A stretch of DNA of 38,149 bases, taken from the NCBI GenBank assembly GCA_040222015.1, contig JAVJWO010000065.1, forward strand, positions 1 through 38,149, given 5' to 3'. The notes beneath the pieces are model-generated. The model was given only the letters and a program-made list of their open reading frames with translations, made no database searches and was not told the origin of the DNA. Both the position numbers and the translations under genes were made by a program. Below, one piece after another: positions 1 through 9,246 of the stretch. This stretch comes from Coleofasciculus chthonoplastes F2-STO-03 (lineage in GTDB: Bacteria > Cyanobacteriota > Cyanobacteriia > Cyanobacteriales > Coleofasciculaceae). Position 1 is the stretch's first letter; the number at the start of each line of letters is the position of its first letter.

Positions 1-147
1 GGTCTGAAAAGGAAGAGTTCCCTGAGCTTTTAAATTTCCTTGACCATCAACCAATGAAGTTAAAAACATCTCCAATTCGGTAAAACCGATGGGATTAAGT
101 TCATCGGCGGGAGTTGGCAAGCCTTTGCAATAAGTTATCGTCGTCAT
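1..147 (-). pseudogene. tnpB: IS607-associated TnpB-like accessory protein remnant, probably internally deleted; runs off the left edge
   Basis: Manual translation from ATG 147, open to base 1: MTTITYCKGLPTPADELNPIGFTELEMFLTSLVDGQGNLKAQGTLPFQT. The N-terminus resembles cyanobacterial TnpB-related proteins as I recall them. VDGQGNLKAQG resembles the segment after RuvC-I, which implies a large deletion. It lies directly downstream of a tnpA fragment. Confidence 0.6.
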
Positions 148-149
148 AG

Positions 150-321
150 CTATTCGTTACCCGATTTCTTACCAATTAAGTCAACAATATCGATAAGACG
201 ATGACCACCAGCGATACTAATACTATAAGATTGTATTTTACCATTGAGTTCCCATCGGTGCAAAGTGCAAGACCGTGGCACCTAGTCGAGTGGCTGCTTC
301 TTGGGGGGTTAAACTAGACAT
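150..321 (-). pseudogene. tnpA: IS607-family transposase (serine recombinase) N-terminal MerR-type HTH fragment, frameshifted and truncated
   Basis: ATG 321 reads MSSLTPQEAATRLGATVL. After a 1-nt frameshift it continues TLHRWELNGKIQSYSISIAGGHRLIDIVDLIGKKSGNE-stop(150). This matches the IS607 TnpA pattern (EAA.LGV...TL.RWE..GKI...RT.GGHRR); the catalytic YARVS region is missing. Confidence 0.75.
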
Positions 322-374
322 TGCCTGACTATATCATAGAAAATGTCTAGTTATGTCACTAATTGTCTAGATAT

Positions 375-1460
375 TTACCGACTGTTAGTTAACCCTATCG
401 CATTATCATCCACCCGATCTCTGACTTTTGGAAGAAGTTGGGACTCTAATATTTTATTTCCCTTCATTTCCTTTCCCTTCATTGCGCCAGATGCGGTGAA
501 AACGAAGAAACTTCCGATGGCGAGTAAGCCGAGTAGAGGAGACGGTTCCGGAACAGTAGCCGCCACCGCTGACTTAAATTCCGCTTGCGCTGCTGCAACT
601 GATTTTCCATAACCTTGGATGTATTCAAACGAAGCGGTGTCACCCGCCGCCAGAAGTACATTTTTTCCACCAATGTGTATACCAACATCGGCAAAGGTGC
701 CATTCGGATCAGAGGGATGATTCAGGAAACTGTTTAACTCCAACCCATTATGAATAGATAAACCCAGATCAGCACCAACGGTGGCTGTGGCGTCTAATGA
801 CCCTACAATAATCGTTAGACCTCCCAATTCGGTTGCTTGACCCACCGTGGCAAGTCCGGCGGCAGTTTCCAGTATAAATATATCATTAAATGTCTCGAAA
901 CCATGACGTTGATCAATGCCTTGGTCGGGATCAAACGTATCAAAATATCGAAGCTCAACGGCTGAACCCTGATTAACCAAATTAGTCTTAACCAGCAAAG
1001 CATTGAATTCATCCACCAGGGAATAGATGCGCCTAAAATCAACAGTCGCATCACCTCCTGTATAGGTACCTGTAACCACTACCGATTCACCATCTTGGGA
1101 AACGGTAACAGGCTGTTGCGTAATTCCTGCGGTTGTGTTGATGGTAAATGTAGCCGGATTCGCGCCATTCTGAAAGCCAAAATCAGAGACTGGCTCTCCG
1201 GGATTAAAGAAGTCGCTATGGAAGAAACTTTGTTTATCAAAGATAAGAGTATCAATCGCCCCGTTGTCATCCCTAATCGTTACCTCTAATGAAGAATTGC
1301 TGAGAGTAACCGCTGCAGATGATGAGGCGCAGCTAAGTCCTGCTAGGATTGTTCCCATTAAGGGTAGACATTTGGTGAAGAAGGGAGTCGAGAATTGGGT
1401 CATCCATTTTTTACAGGTATTCATGGGGTAAAACTTTCCTAGCCGAGTTCTTTTACTCAT
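375..1460 (-). CDS. PEP-CTERM sorting domain-containing secreted protein; true start probably downstream of 1460
   Basis: Signal-like segment (LMGTILAGLSCASSSAA), beta-rich acidic mature domain, and C-terminal VPEPSPLLGLLAIGSFFVF followed by basic residues. Confidence 0.75.
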   Translation of the reverse strand: MSKRTRLGKFYPMNTCKKWMTQFSTPFFTKCLPLMGTILAGLSCASSSAAVTLSNSSLEVTIRDDNGAIDTLIFDKQSFFHSDFFNPGEPVSDFGFQNGANPATFTINTTAGITQQPVTVSQDGESVVVTGTYTGGDATVDFRRIYSLVDEFNALLVKTNLVNQGSAVELRYFDTFDPDQGIDQRHGFETFNDIFILETAAGLATVGQATELGGLTIIVGSLDATATVGADLGLSIHNGLELNSFLNHPSDPNGTFADVGIHIGGKNVLLAAGDTASFEYIQGYGKSVAAAQAEFKSAVAATVPEPSPLLGLLAIGSFFVFTASGAMKGKEMKGNKILESQLLPKVRDRVDDNAIGLTNSR

Positions 1461-1570
1461 TACTCAGCTTCAATCCCCCTCTTTTATGTGGATTTTTGTA
1501 AAAAATATGTTACAAACAATTAATTTTTATGATTTATCGATAAAATCAGCCCGTGTTTGACTTATGAATA

Positions 1571-1666
1571 AGGGCGGGTTTTGTTGTTCAGTTATCGGCT
1601 TCTTATTGAGTTTTAGTCCCTAAACCCGCCCCTACAATTGACAGACGTGCCATGGCGCGTCTCTAC
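1571..1666. repeat. GTAG-type REP-like palindromes
   Basis: AGGGCGGGTTT...AAACCCGCCCCTAC inverted pair plus CAGACGTGCCATGGCGCGTCTCTAC. Related copies at about 4340-4400, 29828, 31254-31315 and 34391-34450. Confidence 0.7.
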
Positions 1667-1810
1667 TTCCTCTACTCCTGTGTATATACAAAAAGCCATG
1701 ATCTATCCCAAGTAGGAGAATTCCCCGGACAACTTTGGGTAAACTGCACAGCAGACGAGTACCGCTACCAACGCCAGTCAAAATTCCCTGTAATTTGAAT
1801 TTTATAAATT

Positions 1811-4252
1811 ATGACAATAACCACTTCAACACCCAAAGCGTCCTTCTCTCAACCGGACATTCCCGTTACCCAAGTCCGGCAAAATCAGGGTGCAGAACTC
1901 GACGCGATCGCGAAATATCGCCGTGCGGCTAACTACCTAGCAGCGACTCAAATTTATCTCAAAGATAATGTTCTCTTACGCGAACCCTTAAAACCCGAAC
2001 ATATAAAAGATCGTTTACTGGGTCACTGGGGGACTTGTCCCGGCATTAACCTAGTCTATGCCCATCTCAACCGACTGATCCGGCGTTACGATGCCAATAT
2101 GTTTCTGGTGACTGGACCCGGACATGGTGCGCCCGCGAACCTTGCCAATCTTTACCTAGAAGGATCGTTACGGGATTATTATCCTGACCTTAGCTTCGAT
2201 GAAGCTGGAGTGCATCGGTTAGTCAAGCAATTTTCTTGGCCCGGTGGCTTTCCCTCGCACCTGTATCCAGGGATTCCCGGCACGATTCACGAAGGTGGGG
2301 AATTAGGCTATGCCTTGGCGACAGCGTTTGGGGCGGTAATGGATAACCCGGATCTAGTGGTAGCGTGTATCGTTGGCGATGGCGAGTCAGAAACGGGACC
2401 CACCGCGACAGCATGGCATGGAACAAAATTCATTGATCCGGCTGAATCCGGGGCAGTTTTGCCGATTTTGCATCTGAATGGGTACAAAATTGCCAGCCCG
2501 TCTATTTTTGGCACGATGAGTGATCAGGAATTACTGCATCTGTTTACCGGGTACGGCTACCAAGTGCGAATTGTCGAAGATGAGGACTTGGATGCTGATA
2601 TGTATGCTTCAATGGATTGGGCATATCAAGAAATCTGTCGGATTCAACAAGCCGCCCGTTCCGGGAACCGTATCAGCAAACCCCGTTGGCCCCTAATCAT
2701 CTTGCGATCGCCAAAAGGATGGACAGGGATTAAAGAAGCCGACGGTGTACCGATTGAAGGGAATTTCCGGTCTCACCAAGTTCCCCTCAAAGGGGTTAAA
2801 AGTAATCCCGAACATCTAGAACTGCTGGAAAATTGGTTCCGTTCCTACCATCCAGAGGAACTTTTTGACAAACAAGGGCAACCCTTCCCCGATATTTTAG
2901 ACCAATGTCCCCAAGGGGAAAGGCGTATGGGTAGCAATCCCCACACCTTAGGCGGACGTATACGTCAAGCCTTGGATTTACCGGATATTTTTAACTACGC
3001 GGTTCCCGTAGAACACTCAACAGCCACAGACGGGTGTAAACGGGGTGAGAGTAGCGTTAGTAATACCTATGAAGTCGGAAAATACCTGCGGGATGTAATT
3101 CAGCAAAATCCCAGCAACTTCCGTATTTTCTGCCCCGATGAACTCGAATCCAACCGTCTGTACAAAGTCCTCGACGTTACCCATCGTAACTATCAGTGGC
3201 CCACCGGACCCTTTGATGGCGAGATTGGACCCGATGGGGGACGAATTATCGAACTACTGAGTGAACATACCTGTCAGGCATTCTTACAAGGGTATCTCCT
3301 CACCGGACGACATGGTTTATTCCCTTCTTACGAAGCATTTTTGGGCATTGTCACTACGATGATGGATCAGTATGCCAAGTTCTTAAAATACTCCAAAGAA
3401 TTCCCTTGGCGTCCGCCTGTATCGTCCCTGAATTACTTAGAGACTTCAACCCTGTGGCGACAGGAACATAATGGGTTTTCTCACCAGAATCCGGGCTTTA
3501 TTAATAGTGTCTTGGATCAGCAAGCCGACTATGCGCGGGTGTATTTACCCCCCGATGCCAACTGTCTTTTGAGTACAATTGACCATTGTTTGCAGAGTAC
3601 AGGCTATGTCAATTTAGTCATCGCCAACAAAAATCCTCTACCGCAATGGTTATCCATGGAAGACGCAATCGCCCATTGTCGGGCAGGTGGTTCAGTGTGG
3701 CAATGGGCGAGTACCGATGATGGGGTTGATCCGGATGTAGTAATGGTGGGAATTGGCGATTGTCCTACGTTAGAAGTCATGGCAGCCGCGCAAATCCTCA
3801 GAAACGACTTACCGGAATTACGGGTGCGAGTGGTTAATGTGACGGATTTATTAATTCTCGAACAAAATTCCACTCATCCCCATGGGTTAGATGATGATAT
3901 GTTTACTGCCCTATTTACCCCCGATAAACCCGTGATTATCAACTTCCATGGTTATCCCTCGCTGATTAAACAAATGCTGTTTGGACGTCAAACGATTGAG
4001 CGATTCCAGATTAATGGCTATCGGGAAGAAGGGACAACCACTACACCCTTTGATATGCAAGTCCGCAATGGTACGAGTCGGTATCATTTAATTATGCAAG
4101 CGATTCGTTTAGCGGCACAGAACAATCCGCGTGTGTCTGCACGGGCAAATGATCGGGTGCGTCATTATGAATATGTGTTAGCGGCTCATGGGCAGTATAT
4201 CTGTGAAAATGGCGAAGATCCTGAAGAGATTACCAATTGGCAATGGTGTTAA
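1811..4252 (+). CDS. xfp: Phosphoketolase (xylulose-5-P/fructose-6-P)
   Basis: LLGHWGTCPG, GPGHG, HEGGELGY, ThDP-binding GDGESETGP, SEHTCQ and QEHNGFSHQNPG motifs; 813 aa. Confidence 0.97.
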   Translation: MTITTSTPKASFSQPDIPVTQVRQNQGAELDAIAKYRRAANYLAATQIYLKDNVLLREPLKPEHIKDRLLGHWGTCPGINLVYAHLNRLIRRYDANMFLVTGPGHGAPANLANLYLEGSLRDYYPDLSFDEAGVHRLVKQFSWPGGFPSHLYPGIPGTIHEGGELGYALATAFGAVMDNPDLVVACIVGDGESETGPTATAWHGTKFIDPAESGAVLPILHLNGYKIASPSIFGTMSDQELLHLFTGYGYQVRIVEDEDLDADMYASMDWAYQEICRIQQAARSGNRISKPRWPLIILRSPKGWTGIKEADGVPIEGNFRSHQVPLKGVKSNPEHLELLENWFRSYHPEELFDKQGQPFPDILDQCPQGERRMGSNPHTLGGRIRQALDLPDIFNYAVPVEHSTATDGCKRGESSVSNTYEVGKYLRDVIQQNPSNFRIFCPDELESNRLYKVLDVTHRNYQWPTGPFDGEIGPDGGRIIELLSEHTCQAFLQGYLLTGRHGLFPSYEAFLGIVTTMMDQYAKFLKYSKEFPWRPPVSSLNYLETSTLWRQEHNGFSHQNPGFINSVLDQQADYARVYLPPDANCLLSTIDHCLQSTGYVNLVIANKNPLPQWLSMEDAIAHCRAGGSVWQWASTDDGVDPDVVMVGIGDCPTLEVMAAAQILRNDLPELRVRVVNVTDLLILEQNSTHPHGLDDDMFTALFTPDKPVIINFHGYPSLIKQMLFGRQTIERFQINGYREEGTTTTPFDMQVRNGTSRYHLIMQAIRLAAQNNPRVSARANDRVRHYEYVLAAHGQYICENGEDPEEITNWQWC

Positions 4253-4253
4253 T

Positions 4254-4325
4254 TTTGTCATTTGTCATTTGTCATTTGTCATTTGTCATTTGTTAGGGAA
4301 TGGGCAATAGGCAATAGGCAATAGA
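4254..4325. repeat. STRR heptamer arrays (TTTGTCA)n and (GGCAATA)n
   Basis: Tandem heptamers visible directly after the xfp stop codon. Confidence 0.9.
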
Positions 4326-4437
4326 GTTAAGATTCGTCTGTAGGGGCGGGTTTTACCATTATCCTTTTTGGCGCACCTAGATTGGATTAAACCCGCCCCC
4401 GCCCCACTCTCCATTTACTTTGTTATCAGAATCACCG

Positions 4438-5658
4438 ATGAAAGTTTTAGTATTAAATGCGGGTTCCAGTACGCAAAAAAGTTGTTTGTATGAGATTGGC
4501 GAATCTTTACCCAATTCTCCACCCGAACCAATATGGGAAGCCAAACTTGATTGGACTGGACAGTCAAATACAGAACTTTTAAAGGTTAAAACGTCTCAAG
4601 GAAGATCTATAGAGGAACGCCTACCCACTGATGATCGAATTAAGGCGATCGCTCAAATGCTGAATACACTTTGGCGCGGTCAAACTCAAGTCATTTCCCA
4701 ACTGAGTGATATTGATGTGGTGGGACATCGGGTGGTTCATGGCGGCGATAAATATCGTCAACCAACGTTTATTAATGCTGAGGTGAAAGATGCGATCGCG
4801 TCTCTGTCTCCCCTGGCACCATCCCACAATCCAGCCAATCTGGAAGGAATTGAGGCGATTGAGAATATTTTGCCAGATATGCCCCAAGTGGCGGTATTTG
4901 ATACCTCATTTCATGCTCAAATTCCCTTACCTGCTGCGATTTATCCGGGTTGCAAAGATTGGCTGGATCAAGGAATACGTCGTTATGGTTTTCATGGTAT
5001 AAGTCATCAATATTGCCTGGAACGAGTTGCCCAGTTATTGGAAAAAGACGCTAAATCGTTACGAGTGATTACCTGTCATCTAGGAAATGGGTGTTCCTTA
5101 GCCGCAATCCGGGATGGTATCAGTATTAATACAACTATGGGTTATACGCCTTTAGAAGGATTAATGATGGGTTCGCGTTCGGGTTCAATTGACCCTTCGA
5201 TTCTGATTCAACTGATGCGACAGGGGTATAATGCGGATCAATTAGAGCATCTACTGAACAAAGAATCAGGATTAAAAGGGTTATCGGGTGTGAGTAGTGA
5301 TATGCGGCAAATCAATGACGCGATCGCGGCGGGTAATGAACAAGCTAAACTCGCCTTGGATGTTTATATTCACCGCTTACGTTTCTATTTAGGGGCAATG
5401 CTAACATCTTTAGGCGGATTAGATGTATTGGTATTTGCAGGCGGGGTTGGCGAACATCAAGCCTCTGTGAGAGCCGCCGCCTGTGACGCCTTAGCGTTTT
5501 TGGGACTTAAAATTGACTCAAATAAGAATGAAACAAATCCTGTAGATGCGGATATTTCTACAGAAGATTCAAGTGTGCAGGTTTTTGTGATTCATACCCA
5601 AGAAGATTGGGCGATCGCGCAATCCTGTTGGAGCATGGTTAGGGAGTCGGTTAAGTAA
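4438..5658 (+). CDS. ackA: Acetate kinase
   Basis: MKVLVLNAGSS, GHRVVHGG, AVFDTSFH, RRYGFHGISH, CHLGNGCS and TPLEGLMMGSRSG motifs. ATG 4438 preferred over TTG 4420. Confidence 0.97.
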   Translation: MKVLVLNAGSSTQKSCLYEIGESLPNSPPEPIWEAKLDWTGQSNTELLKVKTSQGRSIEERLPTDDRIKAIAQMLNTLWRGQTQVISQLSDIDVVGHRVVHGGDKYRQPTFINAEVKDAIASLSPLAPSHNPANLEGIEAIENILPDMPQVAVFDTSFHAQIPLPAAIYPGCKDWLDQGIRRYGFHGISHQYCLERVAQLLEKDAKSLRVITCHLGNGCSLAAIRDGISINTTMGYTPLEGLMMGSRSGSIDPSILIQLMRQGYNADQLEHLLNKESGLKGLSGVSSDMRQINDAIAAGNEQAKLALDVYIHRLRFYLGAMLTSLGGLDVLVFAGGVGEHQASVRAAACDALAFLGLKIDSNKNETNPVDADISTEDSSVQVFVIHTQEDWAIAQSCWSMVRESVK

Positions 5659-5666
5659 TCAAAATC

Positions 5667-5800
5667 TGTAGGGGCGCAAGGCTTGCGCCCTGCTATGAGT
5701 ATGTGACATACTCCTACACCGAATCAAAGATTTTAGAAATTAAGTACAGGTATGACGTGGGGCTTCCGGCTTTCGCTTGCTAACTGTGCCACGCCACTAG
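5667..5800. repeat. REP/MITE fragment with an IS200/IS605-like right-end remnant
   Basis: GTAGGGGCGCAAGGCTTGCGCCC hairpin. The end CTGTGCCACGCCACTA mirrors the element at 9901. TGACATACTCC...AATCAAAGATT...GTGGGGCTTCC resembles an IS605 terminal palindrome. Confidence 0.5.
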
Positions 5801-6768
5801 GATTGAGTTTTCATGATCCTGACAATCTCGCTGAGGGTTTGGGATACCGATCGCGGATTCCAGCCTAAGTCTTGACGCGCTTTGGTTGCATCGACGCGCA
5901 CGCAACGATCATAGACGTAATGAACCCGTTCCCGACTCAGGGGCGGTTGCCAATTCAACAGGCGTCCGATGGGGTCAAGGAGATTCCCCGCCAGTCTCAC
6001 CAAGGGTTTGGGGGCTTCAGCCGGAACCGGAATTCCGGTGTCTTGACTGAGAAGGGTGAACATCTCACGGGTGGAAAGATCACCCGCCGAAATGATATAT
6101 TTTTCTCCAGGTTGACCCTTTTGGGCTGCCAGAATCATGGCGTTAGCTAAGTCATCAACCTGGACAATTCCGGTAATGCGATCGCCTCCCGCCCATACCT
6201 TTAATCCACCTTTGAGAAATTGCTTGAGTACGGGACCAAAATGGGGGTCATCTGCACCAAAGATACCAGACGGGAGGATGCTAACAACGGGTAACCCTTG
6301 GGCGGCAAATTGGTCTACAATGTGTTGGGCTTGGTATTTAGTGCTGTCATAAGCCCCGGAAAAGTCGGTTTGCTGGCGTTGGAAGGTTTCATTCACCACT
6401 TGACCTTTGGTGTCGCCAAATACGCCAATAGTGCTACAGTAGACGAGTTTGGATACACCAACCGCTTCAGCCACCTCTAAAACAGCACGAGTTCCCTCAA
6501 CATTCACCCGTTCCATTTCTTTGGCATCGACGAGTCCTAATTCTACATAGGCGGCGGTGTGAAATACCCAGTCTACACCAGTCATTGCCGTTTTCAGGGC
6601 GTCGCGATCGCTAATATCGCCGTAAACCAGTTCGACTTGGCAATCCGAGAGACGCTGAAGGTTGCTAGACTTGCGGACGAAACCGACAACGGTATCCCCC
6701 CGTTGTTCTAAGGCTTTAACTAAATGAGAACCGGTAAATCCGTTGGCTCCGGTGACTAGGGCTTTCAT
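5797..6768 (-). CDS. NAD(P)-dependent epimerase/dehydratase (extended SDR, HpnA/DFR-like); candidate oxo-lipid (ceramide) reductase
   Basis: TGANGFTG Rossmann motif, HTAA, catalytic S (YCSTI) and YDSTK (YxxxK); GGAGG RBS upstream of ATG 6768. Confidence 0.88.
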   Translation of the reverse strand: MKALVTGANGFTGSHLVKALEQRGDTVVGFVRKSSNLQRLSDCQVELVYGDISDRDALKTAMTGVDWVFHTAAYVELGLVDAKEMERVNVEGTRAVLEVAEAVGVSKLVYCSTIGVFGDTKGQVVNETFQRQQTDFSGAYDSTKYQAQHIVDQFAAQGLPVVSILPSGIFGADDPHFGPVLKQFLKGGLKVWAGGDRITGIVQVDDLANAMILAAQKGQPGEKYIISAGDLSTREMFTLLSQDTGIPVPAEAPKPLVRLAGNLLDPIGRLLNWQPPLSRERVHYVYDRCVRVDATKARQDLGWNPRSVSQTLSEIVRIMKTQS

Positions 6769-6840
6769 CACACCTCCTGGCTTTTAACTAAAACTTAGGT
6801 TCAATGGTACTCACTTAAAAGGAATATCGCTGACTCGCAT

Positions 6841-6948
6841 AGCCAGGAAATAAATTTCTGGCTGAAAGCTAAAGTAAGCTGAAGCTTACTGGGGAAGCCT
6901 TTGAACCCGTTTAAACGGGTTCAATCCCGGACTTTGAACTCCGGGCGG
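6841..6948. repeat. Multi-hairpin palindromic repeat element
   Basis: Four adjacent palindromes: AGCCAG..CTGGCT, AGTAAGCT..AGCTTACT, AACCCGTTTAAACGGGTT and CCCGGA..TCCGGG. Confidence 0.7.
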
Positions 6949-6953
6949 ATTTT

Positions 6954-7610
6954 CTATTGATTTTGTAAAAGTTCTCGAATTCGTTGGCGAAACAACCGCA
7001 CGGCTGTTCGTTGTCCCTGGATATTACTTTGTTCAATAAAACCGGGAATCTCGGTTACAGGTAAAAATGGGAACGTCATGCTTTGTTGTCTCGGTTCATA
7101 TTCTCCTTCAACTAATTGATAAACCTGGAGAGTTTGACGAGTATATCTCCACAATTCCGGAACACCCAGAGCCGCATAAATGGATTGTTTATCAACAGAG
7201 GAACTGGTATAATCCGACTCAATCGCTAAATCAGGCGGTGGATCAATTTCCAGGTTGATTCGTCTGCCTCTGACTCGTGATTCATTTTGGATATAGAAAC
7301 AGCTATCCGGCTCAATAAAACGAGTTAAGTCTTCGCGCTTCAAGCTCAATGAACCAACTTTCTTAACTTCTATTTCTAGCTCATCGGCGACGGCTTCTAT
7401 AAAGCTTTCGAGCATCCCTTTCGGGACTTCATGGTCTTCCAGTGGCATTCTAATTTCTAATACTCCCTGAGAATAAGCCATTCTACAGGCTCGGTCTTCG
7501 CCAATTTCCGCCAGTAATGTCTTAAAGGTTTGCCAGCTAACGCCTTTTAAGGTAACGACTGGTTCAGCGCCCCTTTTCTGGGATTGAGGCGTTGGTGTTG
7601 CTGTTGTCAT
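6954..7610 (-). CDS. Uma2 family (DUF820) endonuclease, copy A
   Basis: VSWQTF, LEIRMP, EPDSCFY, PPDLAIESD and YAALGVPELWRY motifs. Confidence 0.93.
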   Translation of the reverse strand: MTTATPTPQSQKRGAEPVVTLKGVSWQTFKTLLAEIGEDRACRMAYSQGVLEIRMPLEDHEVPKGMLESFIEAVADELEIEVKKVGSLSLKREDLTRFIEPDSCFYIQNESRVRGRRINLEIDPPPDLAIESDYTSSSVDKQSIYAALGVPELWRYTRQTLQVYQLVEGEYEPRQQSMTFPFLPVTEIPGFIEQSNIQGQRTAVRLFRQRIRELLQNQ

Positions 7611-7695
7611 AGTGAACTGCCCTTGATACCTTGATTCAATTGTAGTCTTTGCTTACTTAGCATCGCTTCAAATTTTAAGCTGTGGAGGGATTATT

Positions 7696-8352
7696 CTATT
7701 GATTTTGTAAAAGTTCTCGAATTCGTTGGCGAAACAACCGCACGGCTGTTCGCTGTCCCTGGGTATTACTTTGTTCAATAAAGCCGGGAATCTCGGTTAC
7801 AGGTAAAAATGGAAATATCATGCTTTGTTCTCTCGGTTCATATTCTCCTTCAACTAATTGATAAACCTGGAGAGTTTGACGAGTATATCTCCACAATTCC
7901 GGAACACCCAGCGCCGCATAAATGGACTGTTTATCGACAGAGGAACTGGTATAATCTGACTCAATCGCTAAATCAGGCGGTGGGTCAATTTCTAGATTGA
8001 TTCGTCTGCCTCTGACTCGTGATTCATTTTGGATATAGAAACAGCTATCCGGCTCGATAAAACGAGTTAAATCGTCTCGCTTCAAGCTCAATGAACCTAG
8101 ACTTCTAAGTTCGATACCCAATTCATCAACTATAGCTGTCACAAAGTCTTCAAGCAGTCGTTTAGGTTCTTCATGGTCTTCCAGTGGCATCCTAATTTCT
8201 AATACTCCCTGATCATAAGCCATTCTACAGGCTCGGTCTTCACCAATTTCCGCCAGTAATGTCTTAAAGGTTTGCCAGCTAACGCCTTTTAAGGTAATGA
8301 CTGGTTCAGCGCTCCTTTTCTGGGATTGAGGCGTTGGTGTTGCTGTTGTCAT
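7696..8352 (-). CDS. Uma2 family endonuclease, copy B (tandem duplicate of A)
   Basis: Same motifs; near-identical DNA to copy A at a 742-bp period, including about 38 bp of upstream sequence. Confidence 0.93.
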   Translation of the reverse strand: MTTATPTPQSQKRSAEPVITLKGVSWQTFKTLLAEIGEDRACRMAYDQGVLEIRMPLEDHEEPKRLLEDFVTAIVDELGIELRSLGSLSLKRDDLTRFIEPDSCFYIQNESRVRGRRINLEIDPPPDLAIESDYTSSSVDKQSIYAALGVPELWRYTRQTLQVYQLVEGEYEPREQSMIFPFLPVTEIPGFIEQSNTQGQRTAVRLFRQRIRELLQNQ

Positions 8353-8465
8353 AGTGAACTGCCCTTGATACCTTGATTCAATTGTAGTCCCTGCCTAAGC
8401 TGGGCGTGACAATCATGTTGACCGAAGCATAAGTTAGAGGCTTGAGCAATAAAATAGAATACCAG

Positions 8466-8535
8466 GTAGGGTGGGTTAGGCGGTAATTCAATTCAAAAAA
8501 TCACCATTTAATTCGGTGTCCGCCGTAACCCACCA
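8466..8535. repeat. GTAG REP-like inverted pair
   Basis: GTAGGGTGGGTTAGGCGG ... CCGCCGTAACCCACC. Confidence 0.6.
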
Positions 8536-8615
8536 ATCACAAGAGTTGTAGTATATTAATGAACAATACTGTGGGGATTAGCGACAATTGATTTTCGCGA
8601 TCGCACACCTGTGAT

Positions 8616-9185
8616 TTACAAACGCTGTCCCAGTTTCAGCCAGGAGAATACCTGTTCAACGGTTAGCTGTAGACTGAGGAAATCGGGTACAGGTAGTCTA
8701 TCCTCTGGTTGTCGCATAATTTCTGGTAATTGATTGGGATAAAAACAGATTACGGCTTTCTCATCAGGATCAATCAACCACCCTAATCTGGTTTGATGTC
8801 TGAGACAGAATAAAATATTATCTGTCACCTTTGTTTGTGACTGGTCTGGTGAGAGGATTTCAATTGTCCAATCTGGAGAACATGCAAATACGTTTGCCAC
8901 TTCTCCATCAGCATCGAAGGGAATTCTTTCCCATTGAAATACGGCAACATCTGGCACAATAGAGCGTCCGCCAAACGTGCAGCGCAATTCTGGGAAAGCG
9001 TAAGCGATTTTTTCAGTAAATCCCACCTCGTTTACTGTATTTGCGAGGCATATTTGTAGAGTGCTGTGTTTCCCTTTTGGTATGGATTTTTGATAAATTT
9101 TACCGTCGATAAATTCGCTAGATGGTTTGGTTTCGGGAAGTTTTAGAAAGTCAGCTATGGTGAGTGGTTTAGTTTTTGTGGTCAT
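8616..9185 (-). CDS. Uma2 family endonuclease (different subfamily)
   Basis: LPETKP, PELRCTFGGRSIVPDVAVF, PDWTIEILSPDQ and LGWLIDP motifs. Confidence 0.93.
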   Translation of the reverse strand: MTTKTKPLTIADFLKLPETKPSSEFIDGKIYQKSIPKGKHSTLQICLANTVNEVGFTEKIAYAFPELRCTFGGRSIVPDVAVFQWERIPFDADGEVANVFACSPDWTIEILSPDQSQTKVTDNILFCLRHQTRLGWLIDPDEKAVICFYPNQLPEIMRQPEDRLPVPDFLSLQLTVEQVFSWLKLGQRL

Positions 9186-9246
9186 GGTTGCTTAACTGCC
9201 AAAAGAGCAATTTTTAGAATTTTTTTTTAAGTATCTTTTACTGAAA

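Larger units (their letters stand above)
1..394 (-). mobile_element. Degenerate IS607-family element (left end at about 394; continues off the window)
   Basis: tnpA and tnpB fragments in tandem, short direct repeats (CTAGACA) at about 344-370 upstream of tnpA, and a GG dinucleotide on the minus strand at 393-394 as the likely boundary. Confidence 0.6.

Noticed and set aside
3..83. Plus-strand gene end (SEKEEFPELL...SPIR*)
   Set aside because: The minus-strand frame gives a more convincing TnpB-like reading next to a tnpA fragment.
1660..1810. NtcA/CRP-type operator upstream of xfp
   Set aside because: I found no convincing GTA-N8-TAC or TGTGA-N6-TCACA match.
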